NCBI GenBank assembly: GCA_028023455.1
Contig: JAQFVV010000010.1
Location: 4,154,001-4,218,000 of the forward strand
Direction of reading: 5' to 3'
Source: Epiperipatus broadwayi
Lineage: Eukaryota; Animalia; Onychophora
Length of the DNA stretch: 64,000 nt
The notes below the pieces were generated by a model. That model saw nothing but the letters and a program-made list of their open reading frames with translations, was not told where the DNA came from and made no database searches. Shown here piece by piece: positions 12,540-25,680 of the stretch (its first letter is position 1; each line of letters opens with the position of its first letter). Both the position numbers and the translations under genes were made by a program.

Positions 12540-15000
12540 TGTGATGGTGTTTCATATCTTTGTAGAAAACCCACCATAGAACAATGTGCTAATATTAAAT
12601 TTTGCTTTGATTTGAAACCATGAGTTGCAAGAACATTTTCATGTAATTGTCCAGATTTTTATTAAGGCAGGGATAGCACTGAAGATGATCCCAGTCCAGA
12701 TGCATCAAAAACCATTGGAAACATTATTTTAACTGATCACTATATGTCTGTCAGATTCATTAAGAAATTTACGCTCATTCCCAAAATAAGTATTCATCGC
12801 ATGTTAATGTAATATTTGAAAAAGTTGAATGTGTGTCCATATTTTGTGCCTTGCTGACTATTAATCAAAAAGACATCAACATAGAGCATTGCAGAGACTT
12901 GTAAGGAACCATATGGATTTGAAATTCTTGTCAAACCTCTTTGCAAAAAAATGAGCCACAGTGTTTTACACTCCTGAGCCATCTAATAAGTGGAGAATTC
13001 AAAATGGAGATCATCAGAAGGAAAAACAGTAAAATTGTGAATATAAAAGAGCCACATTAAATTATTGCTTGCTGGTTTTTTAATTCTAAGAGCATTATTC
13101 ATCTTGAAAACATTATCAAAAATCTGACAGCAAAAGTAAACTAACGAATTGTTTGTGAACCACAATTTTATGCAAGCAATCTCAATATACCAAAAGCAAG
13201 TTGCTTGATCATTGTTACATAAAAATGCTCTAATCTATAGTGCCAAAATTGTACAATTCTTTGGCTAAAAAAAACATTGTAGTACTTGGGATATATGGTC
13301 ATTTCCCTGATTTAGCTCCCACTGACTTTTGGCTTTTTTCAAAATTAAAGTTGGTCATAAAAGATGCATATTATGATTTAACTCCTGACATCCAGAAGCT
13401 TATGACAAAAGTTTTGTAGATGATTGTGCCAGAGAATTTCAGTGATTGTTTCAAACAGTTTTATGATTGGTTTTTTGTAGCACATCTGGGTCTCATTTTA
13501 TGCGATAGATAGGTTCTTCAGAAAACACGCACAAAAGAAATCGCACAAAAATAGACTTAACCTACCTTGAAAAATGGGGGATAGGTACTGTAATTTTCAA
13601 AAATCGCATAAAAGCAAAGCAACAATGTAAAATTACTTTAAAATTCGCATAAAAAAAAAAAATAAAGAAATAAAATATGACTAATAAAAAATTTCAAATT
13701 TGAAAAAATTGATACAAGACATACTTTTTATTTTTTTATTAACTACAGTATTTAATTTTATTCAAAACAATATATTTTTATGCGTAATTTACAGTATTTT
13801 ACATTTTTTCACACCTGTATAGTATTTTAATCTTTATCGCTATTTGACGATGTGTAGATTCGTTTGTGAATTAGTAAGACATCAGATTCATCACAAGAGG
13901 AAATACAACTAGTGTTAACTTCATTTTTTTTAATTGCTCTTATAGTGGATTCACCTAAACTAAAATGTTTTCTAATCGCTGTTGATCTTCCCATTTCGCT
14001 AAGCTATCTAAAATTGAAATTTTTGTTTCCAAAGAAATTAATTTTCTTGGGTGTTTTTTCCTCTCCATTAGGGTAAACTAAAAGTTTAAAATAAAAATAA
14101 GAACTTGGACTTATGATAATAAAAAGATACCTACTCACCACTGTTGGGCAAAATTTAATCAAAATTAAATTATTATTTTTGTCTTTAGTTCTCAGTTCCA
14201 TTTAAAAGTTAAATATCATTGTTTGACATCAAATTAATTTCAGATTACATTACGTAATTTTTAAATTGTTAATTGCAATTAAAAATCAGATTTTAATTTT
14301 TACTTGTCAAATTTAATTGTGCCCACCACTGTTACTCACCTTTTAAAAATAAACTTGTGGACACTAAATGTTTACGTACTCTTTTTTTAAAAAGCAAAAA
14401 TAGAATGTGATTTAAAATCCAAAAACAACAACGTGCATACGCATCTATAACGTTTATAATCTTGTAAAATTTATTTGCGGACACTAAATGATTAATTGAT
14501 TACGTACTCTTTTTTAAAAAGCAAAAATAGAATGTGATTTAAAATGCAAAAACAACGTGCATAGTATAGACATCTATAATGTTTGAACAGATTTACATTA
14601 TAATCTTGTAAAATTTAATATGTGTATATAAAATGCGGAAATCCTGATTTTAAATGAATTATGAACTTCTTTATTGCATAAAATCTATTACAGTACCATT
14701 ATAAAATGCTGAAAATATTGAAATTATTAGATGGAAGTTGAACTCTGATAATGCGCTGTTACTTTAAATATGACGTGAATGTGTGAAATTTATAATATTT
14801 AAAGTAATAGCGCATTATCGGAGCTCGATTTTTGATCTAATAATTTTTATCGCATAAAAGAAAACTACATACAAAAATATTAAGACGAAACATGAACCGC
14901 ATAACTTCAAAATCGCATTAAATAAATCCGTATAAAACGAGACCTGGGTGTGTATTGAGTCATAGGGAAATTAATTTGCATAATCAATAATAAAAATGAA
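12540..15000 (+). mobile_element. Decayed mariner transposase, interrupted near its C-terminus by the Tigger-like element
   Basis: EQCANIKFC, DSTEDDP, FVP..LT.NQK, HFPDLAPTDF (13300-13329; mariner YSPDLAPSDF motif) and CFKQFYDW. It resumes after 14952 as CIES*GN*F (a CI..QG.YFE-like C-terminus). Confidence 0.88.
13482..14952 (-). mobile_element. Non-autonomous pogo/Tigger-type DNA transposon, copy 1
   Basis: Imperfect TIRs cacatctgggtctcattttatgcg / ccgtataaaacgagacctgggtgtg, with TA at or next to both ends. The minus strand encodes a CENP-B/psq-like HTH remnant (..STAIRKH..GESTIRAIKKNE). Near-colinear with 41622-42746. Confidence 0.85.
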
Positions 15001-17666
15001 ATATAGATACCTTGTGTTTTATTTCACATCTGAATGTTTTTTTTGATGAGACACACAATGTATAAATTTTACATTGTCATCATATATATATTATCTTGAT
15101 TTGAAGGGAGTAATAGGTAAATGAAATTTATTATTTATAATTTAATAAAAAATTTTCTTTAAAACTTTTGTTTTAATTAATATATAAAAATTTTTTGTAT
15201 ACTTTTCCAAATTATATAGTCTACTGTTCCTAAGAATTATGCTATTTCTGATATCAATCTTGGGAGTGGGTCATTTATATAAACTTAAGATAGCACCAGT
15301 TAAAATTGTCTAAGTCAAGCATCACTGGCTATTTGAAATAAACAATGTATTAAATTGCCATCATTTTCTATAGATTATTTGATTACTATTTAAATTAATA
15401 GATTATATGTTTTTATTTACATACATTGAAACATAATTTTATGGATGCAAGAATCATAATTAATTGTAGGGAAGATATAATTTCACTGTTATAAAAATCA
15501 TGTAATTAGATGTATAGAAGCATATTGTTTCAATTTGGTGAACATTAAAATCAATTTACCAATTAAAGATCTCCTTTATTATATTTAAATGTGAACATTA
15601 AGTGTAACCTGTTCAAAGAAATTTAACATTTTAAAGATTTGCTCTAAATAGTTATAAAAATTTAAAGGAAAAATATAATGGATGATTTAATTTAAGAAAA
15701 GTGAGATTTGTTTACTTTTCTAATAAATTAATAATTGAAAATTAATATGTATATCATTGTATTAATAAATTAACATACAAAATTAATCTACATTTTGTTG
15801 GAAAAGTATTGAAAAAATTTATAGAGTATTGAGTTGTTGTTTTTTAATGCAATTATTATCTTAAAACTTTTCTATTATTATTATTTTTTTTTCTGGTTTA
15901 ATAGTGAGTTTACTATAGATTTGAGATTTGCTATTCATGATTTACAATCTTACCTTGAAATATATATTTGTTACATTATTTGACTATCAGTTTACCATAT
16001 TTATATTGTGATTCTATGATTTAAATTCATATTTAGTGTATTACTGTTATATTTATAAATGCTGAAAGTTTTTTTTTTTTAATTCTTGACAATTATTTAA
16101 ACAGGAATTAAATGTTGATTAATTGATTTAATGAGATTTGGGAAAATTTCAAGCACTAAGTTTATATAAGATGTGGTTTATGATATTTTTCAGATACATT
16201 TTTTTGTTATAGATGACCAATGTTTAACATTTTTCTGTCATATTTTAAAATTTAGCTTACTTCACATATTTAAAATGCAATAATGAAGTTGTTTAAATAT
16301 ATTTATTTTTGATTTTACTTTATGGCCAAAGATCATCATTTAATTAAAGATTAAGTAATTTTATTAACTAACATTTAATTGAATTTCATAGCTGCCATGA
16401 ATATAATCTTTCTTTTTTTACAAAACAATGTAAGAATATTAATTTGTAAATAAATCTCAGAAATAAAGAGGAAAAAAAAATTCTATTTATAATTTTAAAA
16501 TTTAAAAGAAATATAGTTATATAGAAAGCTGTGTGAGGTTGACTTATTGTATTGGGGTAATTTTAAACTATTAATTTAGCTTAAAAAATAAAATTGGATG
16601 TACTAAACACATCCACATATCTATGCTAAATGTAACTATTGTAAACATTTTTAATATATTGGGGTATTTGTAGACCTGAATTTAAATACAGATATTTTTT
16701 GTTATTAGTTATTTTATTATATGCTTAAAAAGTATAAATAGTATGGGTATTTATTAAATAATACTTAATAACATATGGAGAAAAGTGATTTATTTTGTCA
16801 GATAATTGAAAATATTCAAGATAGCTTCAAAATATCTATCTATATTATCATTTTAGAATATCTATTATCAATTGAACGCATTTGCTTGTTTCATACAAGC
16901 AATAGGAATATAAAAATGTAGAATCATAACTTTAAAAAAAAAAAAGCATTTTTATAAGCAAGCTCTCTTGTATGAATTGTTTTGTTTGTTTAATTTGAAG
17001 TTAACCTGTTATATAGATAAATTGTACAAATATCTCTCATTTCATGGGGGTGAATGAATTATTATTTTATAAAAGTTAAAAGAAAAAAATATATTAATAA
17101 ATTTATAATAATTTGAATGAAATTGCTTAATTACTTAGAATTTATCATATATTTACAAACAATTATTAATTTTCAAATTCTTATGAAATTTTTTTTTAAA
17201 AATCTAGTCATTCAATAAATATTAAGCCAAAGATTATACTAATTATAGATTACTTAGATATTTAAATAATTGGGTATCAAAGTTTTTAGACTAATTTTCA
17301 TTGTTCTCATTCTGAATATATGTAAATATATGTATATATATTACATATGTAATATATATTCTATATAGATATATAGATAAATATTAAAATGTAATGAGCT
17401 CATAAGACTATTTAAGTAATTACTATAATAAACAACTTATAAAATTATTGGTGAGTACATTTTTTATCTTTATTTGTTTATATGCATTCTTTAACCATTT
17501 AGACAAATTTTAATAATAATCGTAATAATAATTTTAATTTATATGTATTAAATTGATAATTAGATTTAGTAACATGCTTAGGGCTTAAAATGTGATGGGA
17601 GTTCGTTCAAAATTAAACTTTATTTTTACACCTTAAAAAGACACATTTCTTTTTTTTTCCTCTCAG

Positions 17667-17747
17667 GATTTAGATGAAATGGATTTAGAAGAAGATAAAA
17701 AGAATCTGATATCTCGAGAAATTCGCAGTTTCAGAGATACATATAAG
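17667..17747 (+). CDS. RBM25: Single internal coding exon of an RBM25-like splicing factor: DLDEMDLEEDKKNLISREIRSFRDTYK
   Basis: Strong acceptor tttcttttttttcctctcAG, donor AAG|GTAtat, 81 nt, phase 0-0, open frame. The peptide resembles, from memory, the RBM25 segment (E)DINAIEMEEDKRDLISREISKFRDTHK that precedes the RE/RD-rich region. Confidence 0.85.
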
Positions 17748-20700
17748 GTATATATTTCTTTACAATTATTTTAATGCATATAACAGTGGAAAATAAAGCC
17801 CAGTGTACTCACTTTTATCTTTTTTTTGTGAACCACAAATTTATTTTTCTTTTACATTTTTCAGCAAATATCAAGTAATCTACAGCATCCCTCCCTTTTT
17901 TTTTTTTTAATTTTAATGTTTTCTTCTTTTATTTTCTCTATTTAATATATAATACATATTTCATTTCACTTGCTTGTTTTCTATTATATATTTTTAACTG
18001 CAAGTTTTTTTTTTTTTTTTTTAAATAATTCATTACAGTTTGGTCTTGTAACCCTCCTTTTTTATGCTTTGGTATTAATATTTTTTAATTGATTAGATAG
18101 TCATACTTACTCATATATATAAAGATAATGTATAGTCTAAAAAAAAATTAAATACAAAAAAAAAAAAAGCCTTCTAATGTAAAATTACTTTATATAAGTT
18201 ATCACTCCCAATTAATAGGCATATTATTACTAAACTACACAATACTAGATCATTGTTGGTGCTAAACGCCAAGCTTCTTCATTCTTCACATGAATTGCTG
18301 TTTGTTTTGCTTTGGATTTGGTAAGTCCAATTCATATTTTTTTCTGCAGTGAAAAATATATATATTAAAAAATATTTGTGGGGACTTGAGCACCATTAAA
18401 ATTACAAGGTTAGTGTTTATTTTTAAAACTATGTCTTTTATTAATCTTAATTTTTTTTTTTTTTTCTGTCACCAGTTTTTATTATTTAACCATAGTTATA
18501 AATAAGTTATTTGTCTGAATTCATTCTCCAGGAATAAGAAGAAAGTCACTATTGTAAAAAAAAAATGTGATAATTTTTAATTATTATTAAGTTTTTGTAT
18601 GAGATAGTTAAATTAGACATTGTGACTTATATAATACCATTATTTTTGTTATATTGTTAAAATAAATAATTTCAAGTAATAAATTTTACAGAAATTTTGA
18701 AGTAAGTAGCTGCAAGCTACTCTGTATCAAAATACACATCATTGATGCACTATCCAAAAAAAAAGATGTAGACAAATAAACAAACAAACAAACAAAAATT
18801 AATACTAAAGTATAAATTTAATACATTTTACAATACTATCTATTTCTGAGTGCCACACATGATTATGTTTAAAAAAAATGTACATAAATTTTAAATTATT
18901 CCAACAGCCATTTTTCCATCTCAGAATGCTGAAAAGGTTCATATTCACTGATAAAAAAATTTGATTTATGTTGAAAGCACACACATTTTATTCTTCATTA
19001 TTTCTGAATTTGATGTGCAGTATTTCTCGTAGTAAAATATTTTTTAAGCATAATACTAAAAGTTTTACAAACTTTTAAAACACAGTTAAAGTTAATACTG
19101 GCTTAAAAATATCCAAACAATTATAGAAATCATAATTTTTTTCATAATGACATTAGTTTATTATTGTTTTATAAAAGAAAAAAAATATTGAAAAGAGAAA
19201 GAATATCAGCCAGAAATAATTAATTGTGATGAAAGTTAAACATTTTGCTATTTATTTTATTTAAAAATTTGATATAGTTTGGTTTGTTCTTCTTAGTTTT
19301 TCAGTTAATGTAAACTATATGTTTTCCCTCAATATATTGTTAATAACTATAAAAATTATTGTTTGTTAAGCATTTTGTTTATATTATAAATTTAATTTAT
19401 ATATACATACTATAATAAAAGCATATGTATTATTTATATGTACTTGTTGGAATCTATTATAAACTTACAGTTCAATAAACAATACATGTTTTATGCTATG
19501 TATGATGTATGTGATGTAGGGCATAGTGCTGCGCCACTGAATATACATGTTGTAAAAATTGAATTTGATGATATTTGTTTTAGAAATAATTTATACTGAT
19601 TGTGTAGTAAGTGATTTCCAAAATTTAAAGATTAAAAAAAAAAACCTCTTCCTGATTTTATATTTAATATTAATTATTTATTATTCTTCACTTAAATTTT
19701 TATATGGTGTTAAAATAATATTTATGATTGATATATTCTCTTTCTTTTCATTTCTATTTGTAATTGTAAAGTTTGAAGATATTGTTTTAAGGACAAATTA
19801 TTTCAGAATTGTTAAAATGATGAACCATACTCAATTTTGACATTATGACTAGATAGTTCAGTGATAGTTGTTTGTATGTGAAAAACATTTTCACAATTAA
19901 GAAAAATGTGCAGTATGGCTTTGTAAAGAAACTTATATTGCAGGATTTTTTTTATACCTAAAGTCATATCTGGAATAATTATTTAAAATAATAGAGAGAA
20001 TATGTTGATGGGAATATTTTATTATTTGAAAGTATCATAAGCATTTTAATGTAACATTTCTCTGCCAGAAATATATAGGAAATCATTCAGATTTTTTTGT
20101 GCACATTTCAGTTTTGTTTCTACAATCAAAGGAAATTATTTATCATCCAGATAATGCATGTCTCATAATCATGATATGTAAATCTGAAATATAAATCATT
20201 TGTATGGTTATTATATTTTTCAGACCATAATCTTTGTAAATGAATTTGATTTGTTATAAATTTGGAAAATTTTATTGCTTTATGTCACTATTTATTGTAA
20301 GACCATATAGAAAGTAAGAAATATTTCTTGATATAGGTCATTTTACAATATACATTTTTTAAAACAATATTGGAACTAGAAATTTTACTGGTTTTTTTTT
20401 TTTATTGTTTACTTTTTCTAATTAGACTATTTGGATAATCATTCATGTAAGCACATACTTAAATATGCATTTATATGTTTATGTGTTGTGCAAAAGTAAA
20501 TACCTACTTAGACAGATAAATAGAAATTTGAAATGAATTGAAATTGAGGATATAATGAATTCAAAAAAATCACAAATAATTTTTATAGCATATAATATTT
20601 TTGTCAATATAATTTAAGATAGCATATGTTTGTTTTGATTTTACTTTTGTGTCTACAATTACTTTAAAAAAGAAAAAAATAATAATATAAATAAAATAAT

Positions 20701-23700
20701 TTTAAAAATATATTGTCACTTATAAAGATTATTATTAAATATGAATTATGGCGTTATATAATTTCTTTTTTATGCTTTAATGCGCATATAAATGCATACA
20801 TATGTATTATAACGATCCAAAACGAAGTGAAGATCGAATCTAACCGCAAATTACGATATCTGCTCTACAAGGCGCCATCTAGGCATTTAAACCTAGAAAA
20901 ATTTATAGAGTAGGCAGATACGCGTTGTTAAGATTCCACTTTATTTAAATATTCAGATCGTTAGCCCAAGTCACTAGCTCAGTGGAGATGCAGAGATAAA
21001 AATCTATATCTTAATTTATATCTTAAATATAAATAAATAAAAGCCACTGCCAGAAATTAACACATAAAAATATTTATTTACGCACATATAAAATAACATT
21101 TAAATTTTGAGGAATAAATTGGAATAAGTTTAACATTTTAGATTTTTCTATTAATCTTTAGTTTTACATTTAACTAAGTTTCAATGAGTTTAATATTTTA
21201 TGTAGATAGTCGAGTATGAATAGACTACATAGATCTGCATTTGAAAAGAAAATATTCTTCCCTGATTTAACCTTAGGCAACAAATTTCGCAATCAAACCG
21301 GCGCCAATCCATCTGATACATTTATGTATTCAATGTAGCATGAAAATACGACAACACAAAATACTATACTGTCAGGAATGTACATCTGATCAGTAAGTAG
21401 AATTAGAGAAGACATTGTCTCTCCACCAACAGGAATGTTACATCTGTTGGCAAGTAGAACAATAAACATAAAACTCCATAGGAATGGACTGTGGTCCTTT
21501 GCCGTCTTACAAACCCATCCATAGGCAAACAGAAGGTGTGTGGCGTATATCTATAATCCTGCCCGTAGCGGATTTCATACTACATCTACAATTACACAAA
21601 TATATCCAATCCATTGAACCAATTCAACTACGAAATAAATAACCTAAGATTACCCTCCCTTAATATAACTTTACAAAACTATATAGCCATTCACGCCCGT
21701 CTTAAATTTAACATTTAAATACGTTTGCACAGATTATTTTTATAAATTTGTTTATAAAATGTTGAGTATAGATCGGCTGCACAGATTCCACGGTCAAAAA
21801 CATCCAAATTAAACACAATCGATCAAAATACAAAATCATCGATAACGTCAATTGCAAAAGGGAATACACAAGGCCCCATGGCATTCATCGTAAGATGCCC
21901 GCATTAACATCGTTGACCTATATGTTCTAATCGACTGTGAAAAACCACAACATAATCAACCGCTAATGAATCTATGCAATGTCTATACCCAACTTAAACG
22001 TAATGCATTTAATAATTTCTACAATAAATATTATTACAAATAAAATTAATAAAATGGAAATGATTTTAGCAAAACTTAACTATATAAATTTAAACAATCA
22101 ATTATTAATTTGAAAATCAAATAAAAGTTCATTTTAAAATTTAAATTAGCTGAATCTTTAAAAAAAACAATGACGAAAGTTCTTAATTACTTTTTTGTGT
22201 TGTTGTTAATTTGTAAAGTTCATAGCTCACGGTAGAAGAGTCCAGGTTTCTGCTTTTAATTCCCGCGATGCCTCCATTGGAAGATAATGTTCTGGAGATG
22301 GCAATAGCTGGCTCAAGGTATCACAGTCTTTTCATTTTTTTTTAAATAGAGAGAGTGGTATGTGCGTCCTACCACATCTCTCAAACACAAAACGCTGGAA
22401 CTGCCCAAAAAACTGTATTTCCCTTTTTATATTATCCACACGGATTCAATCAACAAAACGTCACTAATCCATCACTTTCGTTGGGGTCCGAGCCAAGGCT
22501 TAGTGCTTCCATTGGTCAAGCTAATTTCTCTTTATTTTCTTATCTATCTTTCATCAGATCATTTTAATTATACAAGAGCCCAAGGCTAGCTTGCTTTTCA
22601 AACAATTTACAATCATTTCCATTTACAGATTACAAGAATTAATTAATACCTGTTTTTATTTTTAAATCTTGTACTTTTTCTTATAAAAAGTACGTTCAAA
22701 TACTTATTTATTTATTTATTTTTTTTAAAAAAATATTTTAAAAGTTTGGCATCTGTGCGAATGTATATACGTTTAACAAAACATTTTAATTTTAGCATTT
22801 AGTTTTTTTACTTTTATTTGCGAACTTTTAAGTTTTTATTTTAAATTAATGTAACGACATATTTATATATCGTTACAGTATGTATATACATACATCTATA
22901 TAGAGAAAAATCATTACAACTAGTTGCAAAATTGATTGTGTTCCAATATGAAAAACTACTTAACATATATATGCTTGAAAAACTGTATTAATTAATTAAT
23001 CATTATATTCCAATCACATTTGCATTTTTATTATTTTTAATCATTTACGAATTGCTCTTTGTGTTTTAAGATATGTAAATACATTTGATATTACAATTTA
23101 ATTTTATAATATTTTAATCGTATTTTTTTTAATGTTATTAAAATGGAAACTGGAATACCTAAAAAGTTTAGGAGGAAAAAATGTATTAACAACTTATCAA
23201 ATAGTTTTGTTGTCATTTTTGTGCTGTTAAATAATTAAATAATAAAAGGAAAAATGAAATTATATTATGATTTTTTTTTTTTGATATATATATATATTTT
23301 TTTTCACATTTTGTTAAACTGAAAACCTACTATATTTCATAAAGAACTATTTTAATTCTTTTTTTTTTTTTCAATTTCTTTTATTTCTTTGAAAATTTGT
23401 TTTATATTTGTAATAATATTTATTTTGAATAACAGTGAAAACATTTAAGGTGCTTTTTTTTAAAAATGTAATGAATGAATAGAGTACTCTCTTTTAATAG
23501 AAGATTAAATTGGTGTATGTGAGCCAATAGGTTGGTGCAAGTACATTTTTAATTTTAAAATGTTTTCCTACTGTTTTGACTATCCATGATAGTCTTCAAA
23601 AGATTAAACTATATATATATAAACAGATTTTGAAATCACTTTAATTAGAGTACTTATTTATTTTTCAGTTCTTGTTTGTGTTTTAAAAACCGCCTTTTGT

Positions 23701-25058
23701 TTTTTTACTATTGTAACTATATTCATACAGTAGTCAGCCAGTTGATTGATCCTAACTTCAGAATAATATCACATTTTTTTTAGATCAATATTATAGGTTT
23801 TTTTTTTTAAATATATATATATTAACCTACTGATTATATTTCTCAAGAATTGAAAATATTTCAAATTTGTTTTTTTCTTCATGTGTCAAAGTATCGGCCA
23901 GTAAGTAAATCAGGACAACTGCTTGTAAGGCAGCTGTGATATGCTTGACAAATTTGGTTTTAAATTTGGTTTTATGTACATTCATTCAGTCTTTAAGATA
24001 TTTTTTTAAAGGATTAATGATAGTTTATTGGTGAGTTGTTGTTTGATGAAATTATTTCATATTTCAATAATAAATTAAGGGATGAGTTTAACAACTTGCT
24101 GTTCTATCACGCAGAATTCTTCAATACAATATAAAATTTTCATTTATGCCTCACTTTTTTTTTTATAGAAAAATGATTGTCTTCCATTTACTAGTGTGTA
24201 TTGTAGTTGGAAGTAATTGTAAATATTTATAGTTAACAATGTATTAGCAATTGATCATTGATTTGATAATCTTTAAATGAATAAGTTAATTGGATTTAAT
24301 TATTATTATTTCAATAAGTTTTTCATAAATTTAAAGTAATTGCAATATCTTTTTTCAAAAATATAATGTTAAAATAGTTTTAGAGTAATAATAATAATTG
24401 TTTTTACATACAATGATTTAATTTTATGGATTTAAATACATATAGATGCTACTATATGCATAATTTTTGAAACCTTTTGGTAATTCTACTCTAGAATATT
24501 AAAATTAGTTGCTGCAATAATTAACAGACTTCAACCCTCTGATTCATGTTGTGTTTAAATAATTCATTATCAAGTTTAAAGAAACAAGGTATGTAAGCAA
24601 TAAACCATTCTGTGGCTTTTCATGGATATCAACTGATAAGGACAATGATTTTTATCATTTCTTATTGTAGCAGGAGTTCTAGAAAGTTAGGTAATACATA
24701 CAAATAGTTCTAAAAGAATTGGATAAATGATAATGTTAAATGTGAAAAATCATAACTGGTTTAATAAATTAGGAAAATATTAAAAACCGTGGTTATTTTT
24801 TTCTGTAGAAAAAAGTCTTGCTAAACGATTGATTGTGCAGAAAAGTTTAATTATAGAATGTTTTAAATGATGCATTAAAAAGAATGTTTGATTTAAAAAT
24901 CAGTTGTTTCTACTCTTCTATATGTATATATAAAAACAAACTATAAATACAGAGGAAAAAAATTGTTAATTTAAAGAGAAAATAATTGAATTAGTTAAAG
25001 AAGTATACAATGAATTTTTAATATATATTTATTGAGCATGAATTTTAGATTATGCAGG

Positions 25059-25680
25059 TGCACTGACTTGGGCTGATATTACTGTGAATATTATAAATGA
25101 AATACTGTATTTATGTAATTAGTAGGAGCAATTTTGACAGTTTCTTCCTGGAAATAATTTACTCTAGAAACAGGTAATTAAAAGTATGAATAATTATGTA
25201 AATGAGATATAAACAGAACTCTCTCTCAAAGGTTTACAAGGCTTAGCATAACAGTGGCCGGCGACTGGTGCATGGCCAGGTGTCCAGTGGCGCTGATGAA
25301 AGTTAATAGCTTCTCTCATAAAGGGGAGAAAAGTGTACATAAAAAATATAGCCTAAATGGACTAAATTAAGTCATGTTAATGTACTATTGACAATGTCAA
25401 TTAAGTGCTTATTATTAATGAACTGTGAATAATAGTAGTGAGTGAAGAAATATATTAGACTATCTCTGCTTGCAGTTTATCTCCAAATTATTATAGGGAA
25501 AAATAGTTGTTTTTGTTAATATTATAATTGCTGTTTATACATATATATTATTAATAGTAATTCAGCTTAAGAATAAACTTGCTGAAATATAAGAGTTGTT
25601 TGTTCATGTTATTTTTAAGTTAGCTATTATGGCTGGGTAAAGATCTCCTATGAATACAGCAGTTGACACAGTCAATAACA
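25059..25680 (+). repeat. 5' LTR of the gypsy element
   Basis: Starts tgcactga, ends taaca. Aligns to 29103-29450 and 30325-30555. Confidence 0.8.
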
